64,000 nt of DNA. Origin: Takakia lepidozioides. Its lineage: Eukaryota > Plantae > Bryophyta. The stretch is taken from NCBI GenBank assembly GCA_030704615.1, contig CM060734.1:58218001-58282000 (forward strand), written 5' to 3'. The notes under the pieces were generated by a model that saw nothing but the letters and a program-made list of their open reading frames with translations, searched no databases and had not been told where the DNA came from. Below are positions 1-12,330 of the stretch, in pieces (position 1 is the first letter of the stretch; every line of letters starts with the position of its first letter). The translations under genes and the position numbers were made by a program.

Positions 1-1539
1 TGGCACTTCCGGTATAGACAGTGGGGAGCAGCCATGACAATGGTACGAGGCTTCTATTTCATGCTTTATTCATACATTTGCTTTCCATATTTTTGTTGCT
101 TTCTTTATGTTGTTTCCTGTGCACTATTCTGAAGTGTGGTTATCCTCTTTGCAGAACATGTCCATTGAGGAAATGGCAGACATGCCATCTTGCAATTTGG
201 CAGAAACTGTGCACAATGCATGGTTGCAGCAGTCTGGGAAAAGAGGTCGGGATTTGTATGTGGCAACAACAGATGATTTGATACGTGCCTTGCAACAACA
301 AACCCGATACCGTGATTTCTTACGAGGTGGGGTTGGTGGCAAGGGTCCGGACAAATCGGAGTTGATGTTGCGTGCTGCAAACAGATCTGGGGATCCAATC
401 AAGATAGCACGGGCGGTGAGCATGTATGCCCAGGGAACGCCACTTGTTTCTAGAGTTCCACATCTTGAAGGGGAGGAGAGATTCGGCTCCTGTAAGAGGA
501 AATTGAACACTCCACCTGGTTCGGATTCAGATTCCCACAGGGCAGACCGTGATAACTTCTCGAAGCCTCGTGTTCCCCTGCATGACAGCTCCGTGTCCGG
601 AACCTCCATTGTGGAGGAACCTCCAACACGACGGCAAGCTCCAGCATCAAACCGTGCCACTGAAATGGTGCAGGAGAGAAACAACCCCCTTGATGTGCTT
701 GAGTCCGCATGCCCCGACCACGTTTGGCACATAGAACGCACAAGTGTCGGGTCTCGTGTGAAATGTACAGCGATCAGGGCAACTAATTTCGAGAAGTGCA
801 CTTCATCTATATCCAGAGGTGGTGCCCGAACTCCTGCTCCGACTTTCACGGGCTTGATGCGTCCATACGGTCAACCAGAAGCCAAGAACCACAAGTTCTG
901 GTTCTGCGCAGATGATTGTGCCAGATGTGTGCATGGAACTGTGCGTCCTTCCGTAGTGATGAAGCCATCTCCTCCAACCGTTTGGCCCGTGAAGGTGGGA
1001 ACACATCTCAACTTTCAGGAGATTGAAATGCTGGAGGAGGCAGGTTTTTCCCTTGCGAGACAACCCCAACTCCATGCATGTGCTACTACTCCTGCGTCCT
1101 CCCGGGTCCCCCGGCAAATCCTGACTTGTGGCCAACCAAACGAGATGGAAAGCTCGTTCGGCGTTTCCCTCCAACCGCTGAACACTTTGGCAAAGTGGAG
1201 TCCGCAAGAATGCTCCAAGCTCGTGTTGGAAGCACCACGGAAGTACCCGATCCAGGATATGGTCGGGTATTCACAATCATCACTTCCACATCTGCTGTTC
1301 ATGACAGGACCTACGACATCACGGTTTCCAATTTCCCCAATTGCACATGTCCTGATTTTGTGAATATGCTATCAACCAGTTTGGGCAAGAGAGGTAAATT
1401 CATACCCTGCAAACATTTGTATTTCATATTTTTGAGGAGGATGGTTTGCGATCCCAAACGTGACAACTTCATTCACCAGGCCACTATGAGTTTCAACGAG
1501 GTCGATACTCTTTTGCAGCGGGATACAACACATGGGTAG
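1..1539 (+). pseudogene. 3' part of a SWIM zinc-finger transposon gene (MULE/Zisupton-like), frameshifted
   Basis: Exon 1-42 (WHFRYRQWGAAMTM), GT-AG intron 43-154, then in frame into ORF 107..1363. The SWIM motif CTCPDF...PCKHLYF lies in another frame (ORF 1078..1539), so the frame changes near 1060-1110. Confidence 0.7.
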
Positions 1540-1989
1540 CATGAACTATGTAATGTGGTATGTGGATGACCATGGTTTGAAATGTGTAATTCACATCAAT
1601 TCGTCGGCTGTGCAATGATATGGCCTCCAACTATACGGAGTGAGGTCTGAGTGACAACTTTTAGGTAGTGCACATTTGTCATTGCACCGTTCGAAGTCTA
1701 CATGTCTTGCTGTCGCTATGCACTACAATCATCTTTTGAAGATGATCATAACTCTCATTGTTATTTGAGGAGGGAGGAAGTCTTCTCGTGGCAGCCTTTA
1801 TGGCGCACACTTTGTGAGGATATTTTGTCGTCTTCGTAATTGTAAAAGTGAAACAAACATTTGTAATTGCACAATGTTGGATGCTGCAATTGTAGGCCTC
1901 AACGCTCGTCTTGATTCTATTTAGGCAAGATTCCCTGCATTAATTCCACGGTCATAGGACCATCCACGGTTATAGGCGGCGCATGTTAA

Positions 1990-2198
1990 TGCTGACGTGG
2001 CAGTTGACGGACAGTGCCACGTCATCATTTACCGCCACATCAGCATGCTGACATGACGCTCACGCCACGTCAGCATGTGTGCAGGCTCGCGCCACGTCAG
2101 CTGGCGTGAGCGTACGCTCACGCCACGTCACTCCTGCGTGAGCGTACGCTCGCGCGCTCACGTGCAACGCTCACGCCATTGCGTCGTTGGATACTCTG
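1990..2198. repeat. Subterminal repeat/palindrome block, probable end of the SWIM element
   Basis: About five GCCACGTCA copies in both orientations and a perfect 24-bp palindrome TGGCGTGAGCGTACGCTCACGCCA at 2102-2125. Composition changes abruptly after ...TTGGATACTCTG (2198). Confidence 0.6.
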
Positions 2199-2585
2199 AG
2201 GGAGCCTACGGAGGGAACTCACATAGCATGGAGATGGCACAGAACAAGATTTTTTCTAGTATGTAGAAAGTGTCTTGAGAGACAAACTGAAATTTGTAGG
2301 AACTCTAGTATCTAATGAACGAGCAGTAGTAGTGCTGCTAGCGATCTTGCCTAAATCCTAATAACAATGTCGTGGTGTCCTTAATAGGAAAAATCACCTT
2401 AACAATTGAGGTGGTCATAGGTCTTGTTCTCAATGAAGAGAACCGAAGACATGGTCAAGGGGCAACATAAAACTTGGAGTATTCCACAAGAAAAAACGTC
2501 TCCTTCATATCAAACTGCGATAAAAGATTGTAGAATGCGCATAGGAGAGGAGCATAAACGCGAGAGTCAAGAAACACAAGGGGAA

Positions 2586-3853
2586 TGAAGCTACTCGACG
2601 TTTGTTTTGTTTGTTTTGTTTTGTTGTGTCACGTTGAGATGTCCCGAACCGCAAGGCCCAAGCCCTGGTTGCTTGGTACCGTTGGAAAGCCCTCGACGAG
2701 GAGGGGTGCACAGGCTTGGTCTCATGATTTTTGGACGTGCGGTGTGGGAGATGTGGGATTCCAAGTACTTTTGGACGCTGGAAATTCACAAAAAATAGCA
2801 AAAATGGCAAAGTGGGGCATTCCTGGGACAATGGTTGGAGCCTCGATGGGAGAGATATCAAGGGAAAGGTCTCCGGTTCAAATCTGGTTGTAGGCTCTGT
2901 GGAAAAAAATTGATTAGACTTGAATGACTTAGATGACATTGGACACTTGGGCCAACGCTATCCTAGGGCCTAGAGGTTGCACTTGGGCCTCGACATAGGA
3001 GACGCACTTGGATACATAGGAGATTGGACTTGGGCTTAGATGACAGTGGACAATTGGGGCTCTACATGGGAGATGCACTTGGATGCACTTGGATACATAG
3101 GAAATCACACTTGGTCTTAGATTTCAATTCTTCACATACGGGCCAAACGGCATAGGCTACACACTTGGATGATACTGGAGACTTGGGCCAACAACACAGG
3201 CTACCCTAGTCAATTTATGAAGCAAGGGAGTTTGTTTGATTCGTTTGTTTGTTTTGTCACGTTGAGATCTCCCAAACCGCAGGGCCCGGCTCTGATGTTT
3301 GGTACCGTTGGAAAGCCCTCGACAAGGAGGGGTGCACGGGCTTGGTCTCATAATTTTTGGACCTGCGGTGTGGGAGACGTGGATTCCAAGTACTTTTGGT
3401 CGTTGGAAATTCACGAAAAATAGCAAAATGGACTTTCCTAGGACAATGATTGGAGCCTCGACATGAGAAATAACAAGGCAAATGTCTTTGGTTCAAATCT
3501 GGTCGTAGGCTATGTGGAAAAAAAATGCAAATGACATTGGACACTTGGGCCAATGGCACAAGCTACCCTATAGACGGGAGATATATCAATAATGATTGGA
3601 TATATTACTACTCATTAAATTCATGAAAACAAATAAATGGGGCCTTGACATGGGAGACGTACTTGGATACATAGGAGATTGCACTTGGGCTTAGATGACA
3701 CTGGAGACTTGGGCCAACGGCACATACTACTCTACAAGTCGCATTTGGGCCTCGACATGTAGCTACAATATGAGACGCACTTGGATACATAGGGGATTGC
3801 ACTTGGACTTAGATGACACTAGACACTTGGGCCAACGGCACATGCTACCCTAG
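2586..3853 (+). mobile_element. Two head-to-tail copies of a non-autonomous Helitron-like repeat
   Basis: About 370 bp at 2586-2960 recur at 3217-3570, each followed by ACACTTGGG(C/A) subrepeats. Both units end ...CTACCCTAG (3209, 3853), and unit 2 starts TC at 3210. Confidence 0.6.
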
Positions 3854-3854
3854 T

Positions 3855-5630
3855 TAGAGAGAGAAGACTCCGGCCAAAGCCGGCAACTGAGAGCCACTTC
3901 GCCTTGCGGCTACTGCCCCCTGTTGGGGGTCACGGGCCCTGTGAAGAAACGGGTGTCCAAGGGACACCGGGTAACCAGGGGGTAATGGTACCTAGGGTAC
4001 CCGGGGTACCGACGAGGGGTTAGATTCGAGTTGTCGCTTATTGGTGATAATAGCAGTGAGGGATCTAATCGCGGTGAGGTGTATAGCTTTAAAGCACTTG
4101 TGGATCGGGAGGATAAGGATATGAAGGTTGTTGTGCAGTGCATCTAAACTGGCGTTATGGATACCACCTCTAGTATCGGCCGTGATGACCGAGAGAGGGC
4201 CAGTGAGCTGTGCTGGCGGATAAAGATGATGAGTGGGGCATATTTTTGTCGCTTTTCCAAGGTGGAAGAGGCTGGGTATCGGTCATGACAATATGTAAAT
4301 TCGACGAAGTGGATAGTGAGAGCCGTGGATAGGGAGGTGGGTGAAGTGGAATTGATGGGTAAGCCCTGGACAAGTAGGATGTCAAGGCAGAGCCGGGAGG
4401 GGCATGTGCATGGTGAGCGTAGACAGATACACGGGAGGAGCTAGTGGAGGACAGTATAATCAGGGGGTCTACCTTGGTAAGTGCCAACATTGATGAGTGA
4501 GAACCATCTGGTTTCAGGGTAATTCATAAGCAGTTTGTGAATGTGCCAAACTGCGTGATGCGGAGTGATGCGGAGGCCATGTATAACGGGATGAGTACAT
4601 TGGCTGAGAAGGTGGGGCCAGGTGTCGCTTACTTGATGTGTATGTAAGCATAGCGGCCAGTTGGAGGATGGAAATAGGCGTGGCCAGAAGGTGTGTTTAC
4701 GCTGATGGCCCATGTATTGGGCGTAGCGGAATTTGAATGTTTGTTGGATCTGTGTGTCAGAAGCAGCCTTCGTGTGCCAGAAGTAGTTAGAAAGCTTATG
4801 GTGAAGCACGGTAGAGTGGATCCATATCTGGATATGGACCTTGGTGTGGCTAACGGATGTTGAGACTTGTTTGTTAGATTCATGGATGAGAGTGGATTTC
4901 AGGTTACGTATTGGTTTAGTTATTGGGGTGTCAAGTTATTTTACCACTAGTGTGAAGTTAGCTAGGAAATAGCTAGCTTTTATATATTAACATTTGGGAT
5001 TGATCCAAGTATCAATCCAAAGGGCCAAGGTATGTTTAGGCCTTGGAGTGGTTATCGTCACGGCAGATCGCGGTGGGCTCATCTTTCTCAAGTTGAGCCT
5101 CACCGCGTCTAGCTATGGTGTCGTAGTGTGGATTCCCCATGGCGTGGGGTGCACTTGGCTCGATTTAATATATGAGTGATGTTTTCATGTGCAAATGTGT
5201 GAGCTTGAGAGAGTTTGTGTGCTTGTATCTTTCTTTCTTTATCATTCGAGAAAAATGGGCTCGAGTCTGTGGGTGCCAGGTTCGAGTTAATTGTAGCACT
5301 TGTGTTTTCAAATGAGAAACTACTCAACTTAGAGTGCACGGATCCGTGCATGAGCCTATCCAAAGTGGATAGCGACCAGGTTGCAGGTTTGCAATGGATA
5401 GAGAGGCGGGCAGCCTGTGTTGAAGAACGACATTGCATAGCTCAACGCTAGGTTGAGTGTCAGTTTGTCAATACAGAGGTGCTACTAGTTACTGGGGAAA
5501 GTGCCGGTATGAGCACTAGTGATATTAGTGGGTACACGAGACGAGGTATGCGGTTTAGGCCACTTCCACCCCAAGTGTCTTCCAATGAAGGTTTTGATTC
5601 CGACTCGGAATCAAGAGGATTCACGCCGAC
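3855..5630 (-). mobile_element. Degenerate non-LTR retrotransposon 3' region with zinc finger/RLE-like C-terminus (Dualen/RandI-like)
   Basis: ORF 4441..4809 reads KFRYAQYMG...PLC...DTWPHLLSQC.HP.IHGLRI..HHAVW, a decayed CCHC finger plus RH-type motif. A possible RNase H remnant (THILNRA) lies near 5170, and a short (TC)n tail at about 3855-3866. Confidence 0.55.
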
Positions 5631-6566
5631 GGGGCAAGTTACTTCCTTGCCATTAACACCATTTTAATTAAATCCGGACTTTTCGCTTAAATCCGGACCA
5701 AACTTGATATACGACAAAATTGTTTTAATTAAATTAATCAATAAATAATGTTTAAAAACAAATATATTTAATCATTTAACTTAGAAACAAAATCAAAGGG
5801 CTTAAAAAATTATTGATTATTGGGATTTAAATGTAGCAAAACTTTTAAGAAGTTATCATTATACAAATTGGATGACATATTAGTTATAGTCAATTTAATT
5901 GTCAAGGGGGTCTAGCCTGATACAATTGAGATATCATTATATTTGTAACATGGTTGATGTTATAGTTCGAGTCAAAGCGTCAATATTGACAAGTTTGATC
6001 ATTAAATTGAAATTTCATTGAATCGGACACTTAGCAAGCAGGTATAGGATTTAGAACAAGAAAAAATGTCGATGACAAAAAAATATTCACATGTCAATAG
6101 GAACTATCAATCAAATATCCCAATCAATCTATTGTATCCCAAAGCAAGAATTGTTTTTCTTCAATGAGGTTCAAACATGGATATAAGCTATTACTGATAT
6201 CGAGGCAGAAAACTAAATTTAATTGATACGCTTGAAACATTTGGATTAAGTTTTAGGAAATACTACTCTGGTTTAGGTCTACAAAAGCTACTTCGATGAA
6301 AAATAGATTTGGGATAGAGTATAAAAATAATCAATTGAGGATCTCAACAGTGACTCTAATACTCTATTCTACCCCAAAACTCGAGAAAACAAATTTGCAT
6401 GAGCTTCAAACATTAGAACGTGGTTTTTGGGGTAAAGGGTTTAGGGTACTAAGCAAAAAATCCACAAGAACTAAAATTTATGGAAGAGTGTATAGGACCT
6501 ATAAAATCATTCAATTAAATGTCCCAACTATGATTGCAACTATTTAGCAACCTAACCCATGCACAT

Positions 6567-7090
6567 TGACCACCTAAATATGCATATTAAGCTAGCAAGT
6601 TAAATTTGTGTTCTTACAATTAACTAGTTAACGCACATTTTTTGTGAGTGTATCTTGACACACATTGTCAACACCCTTAGTGCTCAATCTAGTCCACACA
6701 CAATGACCACCTAAATATGCATATTAAGCTAGCAAGTTTTTATTGTTTCTGCAATTAACTAGTAAACACACATTTTTTGTGGTGTATTCTTGACACACAT
6801 TGTCAACACCCTTAGTGCTCAATCTAGTCCACACACAATGACCACCTAAATATGCATATTAAGCTAGCAAGTTTTTATTGTTTCTGCAATTAACTAGTAA
6901 ACACACATTTTTTGTGGTGTATTCTTGACACACATTGTCAACACCCTTAGTGCTCAATCTAATTCACACACAATGACCACCTAAATATGCATAAGCTATT
7001 AAGTAAGGGTACTTATTGTCACTTTGGACCCTAGTTCGAAGTCTTGTATTCAACACACCCTTAGCAACCAAACCTACACATAATGACGAC
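6567..7090. repeat. ~135-bp tandem repeat, three full copies plus decayed copies
   Basis: TGACCACCTAAATATGCAT starts at 6567, 6704, 6839 and 6974. Copies 2 and 3 are nearly identical. Confidence 0.9.
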
Positions 7091-7589
7091 CTAATTTATA
7101 TCAATAGTATGATGCAGCTAGTAGAGTCTTATTGTTCCTGCAATTGATTAACTGTTAATATAACACATGACTCATCTATTTTTGACAAACATTGCCAACA
7201 CATAGAAGTCTTACTCAACAAACGATATGGTATTAAATCTACATACCTTTGAACAAATTTTTTAAAATCACATACTTGACCATAACACATAAATATCCAT
7301 GCAGAACGTATTCACAAAGTTCCAAACAAAAAAAAACCATGTAGATGACGAACAATCTATTCAACTTTTGAACAATTTTTGTTATGTGTCATACTTTGTT
7401 ATAATATGTAAGTGAGTATTAGAACATACCCACAAAGTTGAACAACCATTAAAATATAAGTAGACTTGAATCTAATGTCAAAAATATTTTTTTGACGAAG
7501 TTATGAATCATACTATCCAAACCAAATTTTCAATGAGATGACGTTGACGCAATGTCATTGTTAACATGACATCTTACATCACATTGGTC

Positions 7590-7935
7590 AATGTCTTAAG
7601 ATCTTTTCCATCAATAATATGTCCATCTACAAACTCCTTGAAGTCTGGAACTTCCTAAATGATTTGTGGGATGAACTGTAACTCTTGAGAAACCATGAAA
7701 TATTTCATTAGATCTGAGAGCACATAGGTGATGTTCTCCTTCAATTTCTTTGAAAGATAGCTGAAAAATCCATCAATATCTTTGTGCGTATGATCAACCA
7801 TCAAAAATCCCAACTGAATCTCTTCAAACACACCTCTTGTTGTGAGCAAAGAAAGAAATGTCAACATCCACCTATTCTTGTTGTCCTTCACACAATTATC
7901 CATCTGCAAATATAATCTTCGAGGTAATGGTCACG
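7590..7935 (-). pseudogene. DDE transposase catalytic-core remnant (Sola-like/DUF7869-type)
   Basis: LPRRLYLQMDNCVKDNKNRWMLTFLSLL...FLMVDHTHKDIDGFFSYLS matches the LQ.DN...NKN...GHTH.DID..FS pattern. There is an in-frame stop before EVPDFKEFV. Confidence 0.75.
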
Positions 7936-8404
7936 GTCCCTTTTGGGCTTCATCCAAATCCCTCAACTTATCTCTTCCAAGAAAATCTTCTGGAAATTAT
8001 TCCTGATTAGCGCAAGTTAGATCCTCATCATGGCCCACGGCTACTTCAACCTCATTTGTATCTACCTCATTCGTCTGAGAGCTCTCATAGTCTCTCACTC
8101 CATCTCAGATTCAGAAGCATTGTCGACTTGGACCAATTTGACATCTTGAACATCCCAGCAGATTGGCGTTCCAATTGCCTCCCCCATAGTGTCCGCTCCC
8201 ATGTGAGGGTATGGGAGATTGGTTTTCTCGTTTGCATTTGAACAGCTGATTACCACCACACTTATTGTTATGGAAGTAAGCTGGAGACCATGGCATGTCC
8301 CACCTCCAGAGACATTTAGACAATCATCAAGGGCGACGGCCTCAGCACCCCCGCGAAGATATAGAAACACTCTATCTCCACTTTTCAATCTAATCATGTT
8401 GATG

Positions 8405-8830
8405 TGAGCAACTATAGTCACAAGAACTGAGGAAGACAATCTCCGTGCCAAGTTGTGAACCCCGCCCGAGCCTCCTCATGCAGTAAACTCCTAGATTTGT
8501 AAGTAACTATAGTCACAAGAGCTGATGAACGACAATTTCGGACATGGGTCCTAAGTATCAGCCAGTCAAGATTTGACTTCCCAATGAGACGATCTCCATG
8601 CCAAGTTGCGAACGTCCCCGCCCAGGCCTCCTCATGTAGTAAACTCTTGGATTTGTGAGCAACTATAGTCACAAAAACTAATGAACAATGCTTTCGGACC
8701 TAGGTCCAATGTACCACCCAGTCATGATTTGAATTCCCAATGAAACATTTAACTCATAGGCAACTGATGATCTCCGTACCAAGTTGTGAATCCCACCTAG
8801 GCCTTCTCATTTAGAGACTCCTGGATCGTG
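8405..8830. repeat. Decayed tandem repeats with embedded GGACC..GGTCC palindromes
   Basis: AACTATAGTCACAA and ATCTCC(G/A)T(G/A)CCAAGTTG each occur three times; TTTCGGACCTAGGTCCAA at 8692-8709. Confidence 0.7.
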
Positions 8831-11800
8831 GACACATGGTTTGTAATTCCATCACAAAATAATATCAAGATTGAGTCAGGATATGTAACTCTCACAGACA
8901 CTGATTTCGGACCTTGTTTTGAAGTCCCACCTTGTGAAGTCTGATGTTAAAATAATGGAAAAATTGGATGACAGCCAGATCATGACTTCATGAGGTTAAA
9001 GAATGTAATGGATGAATGGATGATAATTGGATGAATTATGATTGGATGGATGAGAAGTGAATGGATGATGTTTCTGTAATCAATGAAATGTATGAGTCTA
9101 GATGAAGGAGATTTTAGAGAATTTTTGCAACGGTGCAACACTTCGGCCTAAGATCCGAACCAACCTAAGCACATCAAAAAGTGGATAAAAAAAATGGATG
9201 TTTTGGTGAAGTGTGATGAGTGCGGATGTGGATAGGTGAATGATTTGGGATTTATGGTTAAGACTTTCAATGGGATAAAGATCTAGTATATAGAGAGAAA
9301 ATGAGATGAAAAGACGGTCATTGAGAAAGGCGTCTCCAGAGGCAGAGATGACCAAGATGAGAGAAGATAGAGAGGGGGGAAGGAGAGAGCAAGCAAGAGG
9401 ATGGAAATGACTAATGAGGTGCAATGAGCACGAAAAGAGTGAGAATGAGGTGAGGCCTCATATTTATACATCTCAGATGCATTGTGTGCTAGGACGTGGT
9501 GAAGAGAAGTGCAAACACTATGATGGGGATCAATCTAGTGAAGCCGTCAGATTTTGGAAAGTCACAATCGTGCGGTTGAGATTGCAGGTGAGCTAGCTTC
9601 TCATCATATTGGATGGAGAGGCCCTACCAAAGTCATTATGGCGGATAAGGGTGTGGGACGGAGGTAGAAGGTCAGCTAGCTATTTGAATATCCCCCATAA
9701 TGGCAAGTGCGGGGCCCTCACAAGATCTATTCCTGCCAGCCTCATAATGGCCCAAGTGGTGCGTAGCTTCAGCTTATAAATCCTCCCTAGATCCGCCACC
9801 AACAGCCAATAGTTCAGTTGGATTGTGCACATTGTGTCCCCCCACTGGTTTGGGGATCAAATCCTGCTACCATGGCCTTTGTTGTTTGATTTGTGCCTTG
9901 GGATTGTAAAAAGTAAAAAAAGAAAGATCCACCACCATTTTGGGAGACCCACCACCAACTCTGATTGGATGGCCCACTTTATTCTCCCAAAATCCTAACT
10001 AACTAACTATATATATAGTATATATATATATATACTAACTAGTATATATGTTCGAACCTCCATATTCTTTGCATTCTTTTTGCATCCAGCTATAAATATT
10101 GAATTGGGCACAAGTTTATCTTGCAAGACATAAAAATAAAAGGCTCCGGAGAGGATGGTATGTCGCCTCTCAGGAGCCGTCGCTTCCCAGGTTGTAAATA
10201 CGGTATTAATGTCATTAGTATTTTTCTCAAGGCGTCGGCATCGGCCCTAATGTTGGATGGATTAATTTGCATGGGAGATGGATGAAAATATAGATGGATG
10301 GATGATTATTCCATGCCCATCCATCCATGAAATTAATGAATTCCATCCCCATTGCCACAGCCGTCGGATCAGAGGTTCGATCCGACGGTTGTGACACCAG
10401 AGAGTATATACGGGGATGATGCATACTCCCCGATTCTTTTTTGTTTACCACCTCGACCTGATTCAGGCTCTGCAACTAGGCTGTCAACGTTGGGAGAGAG
10501 AGAAGGACACCATGTGTGTGAGTATGAGAGAGCAACGTGTGTGTGTGTGAGAGCAACACAGGGAGAGAGAGAAAACGGTGTGGGTGTGAGAGAGAACCCT
10601 AAACTTGTGCACTGTGTGTGAGAAGGAAGAGACTCGAAGAGAGAGCCTAACGGAGCAGCCGCGGCGAGCAAACCAACGGCCCGCTGTAGTGCCTTGAAGC
10701 AGGGAAGGAGGGGTAGCTTGGCAAGGAGCCTTTGCAAGTGTTATAAGGCCAGCACGGAGTGCGTTCTTTCAATTTTTTTGTTTTGTGTTTTGTTTTTGCT
10801 TTTCCAGTGTCAGGCTCCTTCTTGCTTGCAATGCAGATGGCGACAAAGAGAGAGTAGGTAGTGGGTCAATGTTTGTTGAATATCTTTTCAACGAGAGGTG
10901 TCGTGTTATCTGTCTCTACACATCCCTAAGCACTCACATAAGCAAATAATTCGTACATACAGGGCAATTTTTGGAGAGGGGATTTTGTATTTGAAACAGG
11001 CGCAGTGCCTTGAAGCAGGGAAGGAGGGATCATCATAGCTTGGCGGAACCTTGTCAAGTGTCACAAGCCATACTCCAAGTATCATGTGAGTTCTTTTGTT
11101 CTTCGTGTACGGGAAAACCCGCCCGTAGCAACCAGTGAATTCGTTGAAGTTTTCAGGCACTTGGTCGGATTCTACATAGAAATTAAATTTCTACCCGTAC
11201 CTGTAAAGACATGTAGGGCTTCCACTTATTTTCTCGATTATCTGTATCTTCAGACAGATCAGGTTTGTGCCAGTAGTTTCCATACCAAGTGATGTAGGAT
11301 TCTACTCAGATGCGTGCTGCGATTCAACAAAACAGAGCTAGAGTAAGATGATAACGGAATAGACCTGCAGCATGCTACATTTATAGCATTGCACTGCCAT
11401 GAATTGAGGCATGGCTACCACCACACCGAACGTTCCCTGTCCCTGTTCTACGTTTCGTCCCTACCTCTGTCTCTCATTGATTCTCTCTGAATATGGTTGC
11501 TCGCAAGCGAGGCCTATATCTCTCATTGTCTCTTTATGTCCAATAATTGTTACTTCTTTCTCACACTCGGAGACCTCTCATTTGAGCACCAGCAGATCAC
11601 GGTCTCTTTTCATTGTTTTTCTGCTGGGAGGGAGAGCTGCAGGGAAGGAGCGAGAGCCGGCAAGCGGCAGGCATGGCGGGGTCAAGCAGTAGGTTATACA
11701 CATGACCTCATTCCTTCCCTAATAACCCACTTCTGCTCTCACGCAATGCACCACCAACCATTGGTGATCTGCTCTCCTTTTATTTATAACATGTCTTTAT

Positions 11801-11868
11801 TTATAAAACTCTAAAGGCCTCCATCCCTCATTCTTTAAAGTAAATTTATAATAATAATAATAATAATA

Positions 11869-12330
11869 ACTGAAGTTGAGCACTCAGCAGCTCAAGTTGA
11901 CAACTTTAGCTTCTTGTTAAGAGAAAAATGTTAAACTATTTTTGTTTGAATTGTATTTTGGGCCCAGGTCTTTTTTTAAATTAAAAAATTATTTTTTCTA
12001 ATAATTAAAAAAAAAACCTGAAGTTGAGCACTCAGCAGCTCAAGTTGTGCACTTCAGCGGCTCAAGTGACAACTTCAACTTTTTATTAAAGAAAACTTCT
12101 AATTTTTTTTTAAAATTATATTTTGGACCTAGGTCCGTCCTAAGACCAAATATTAGTACCCATAAGCAATGTATCCATGTGCCATGTACCCATGTGCTAT
12201 GTATCCATATTTCATGTATTAATGCGTTAAATATCTATGTCTCATGTATCTATGTTTCAAGTATCCATGCCTCATGTATCCATATATATATGTATGGATC
12301 ATGTATCTATGTCTCCTATGTATTCATGTT
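11869..12330. repeat. Short direct repeats and a ~20-bp TATCCATG minisatellite
   Basis: CTGAAGTTGAGCACTCAGCAGCTCAAGTTG at about 11870 and 12018; (CATGTATCCATG)-like units at 12170-12330. Confidence 0.7.

Noticed and set aside
1060-1120. Programmed ribosomal frameshift in the SWIM gene
   Set aside because: No clear slippery heptamer; a simple indel in a decayed copy is more parsimonious.
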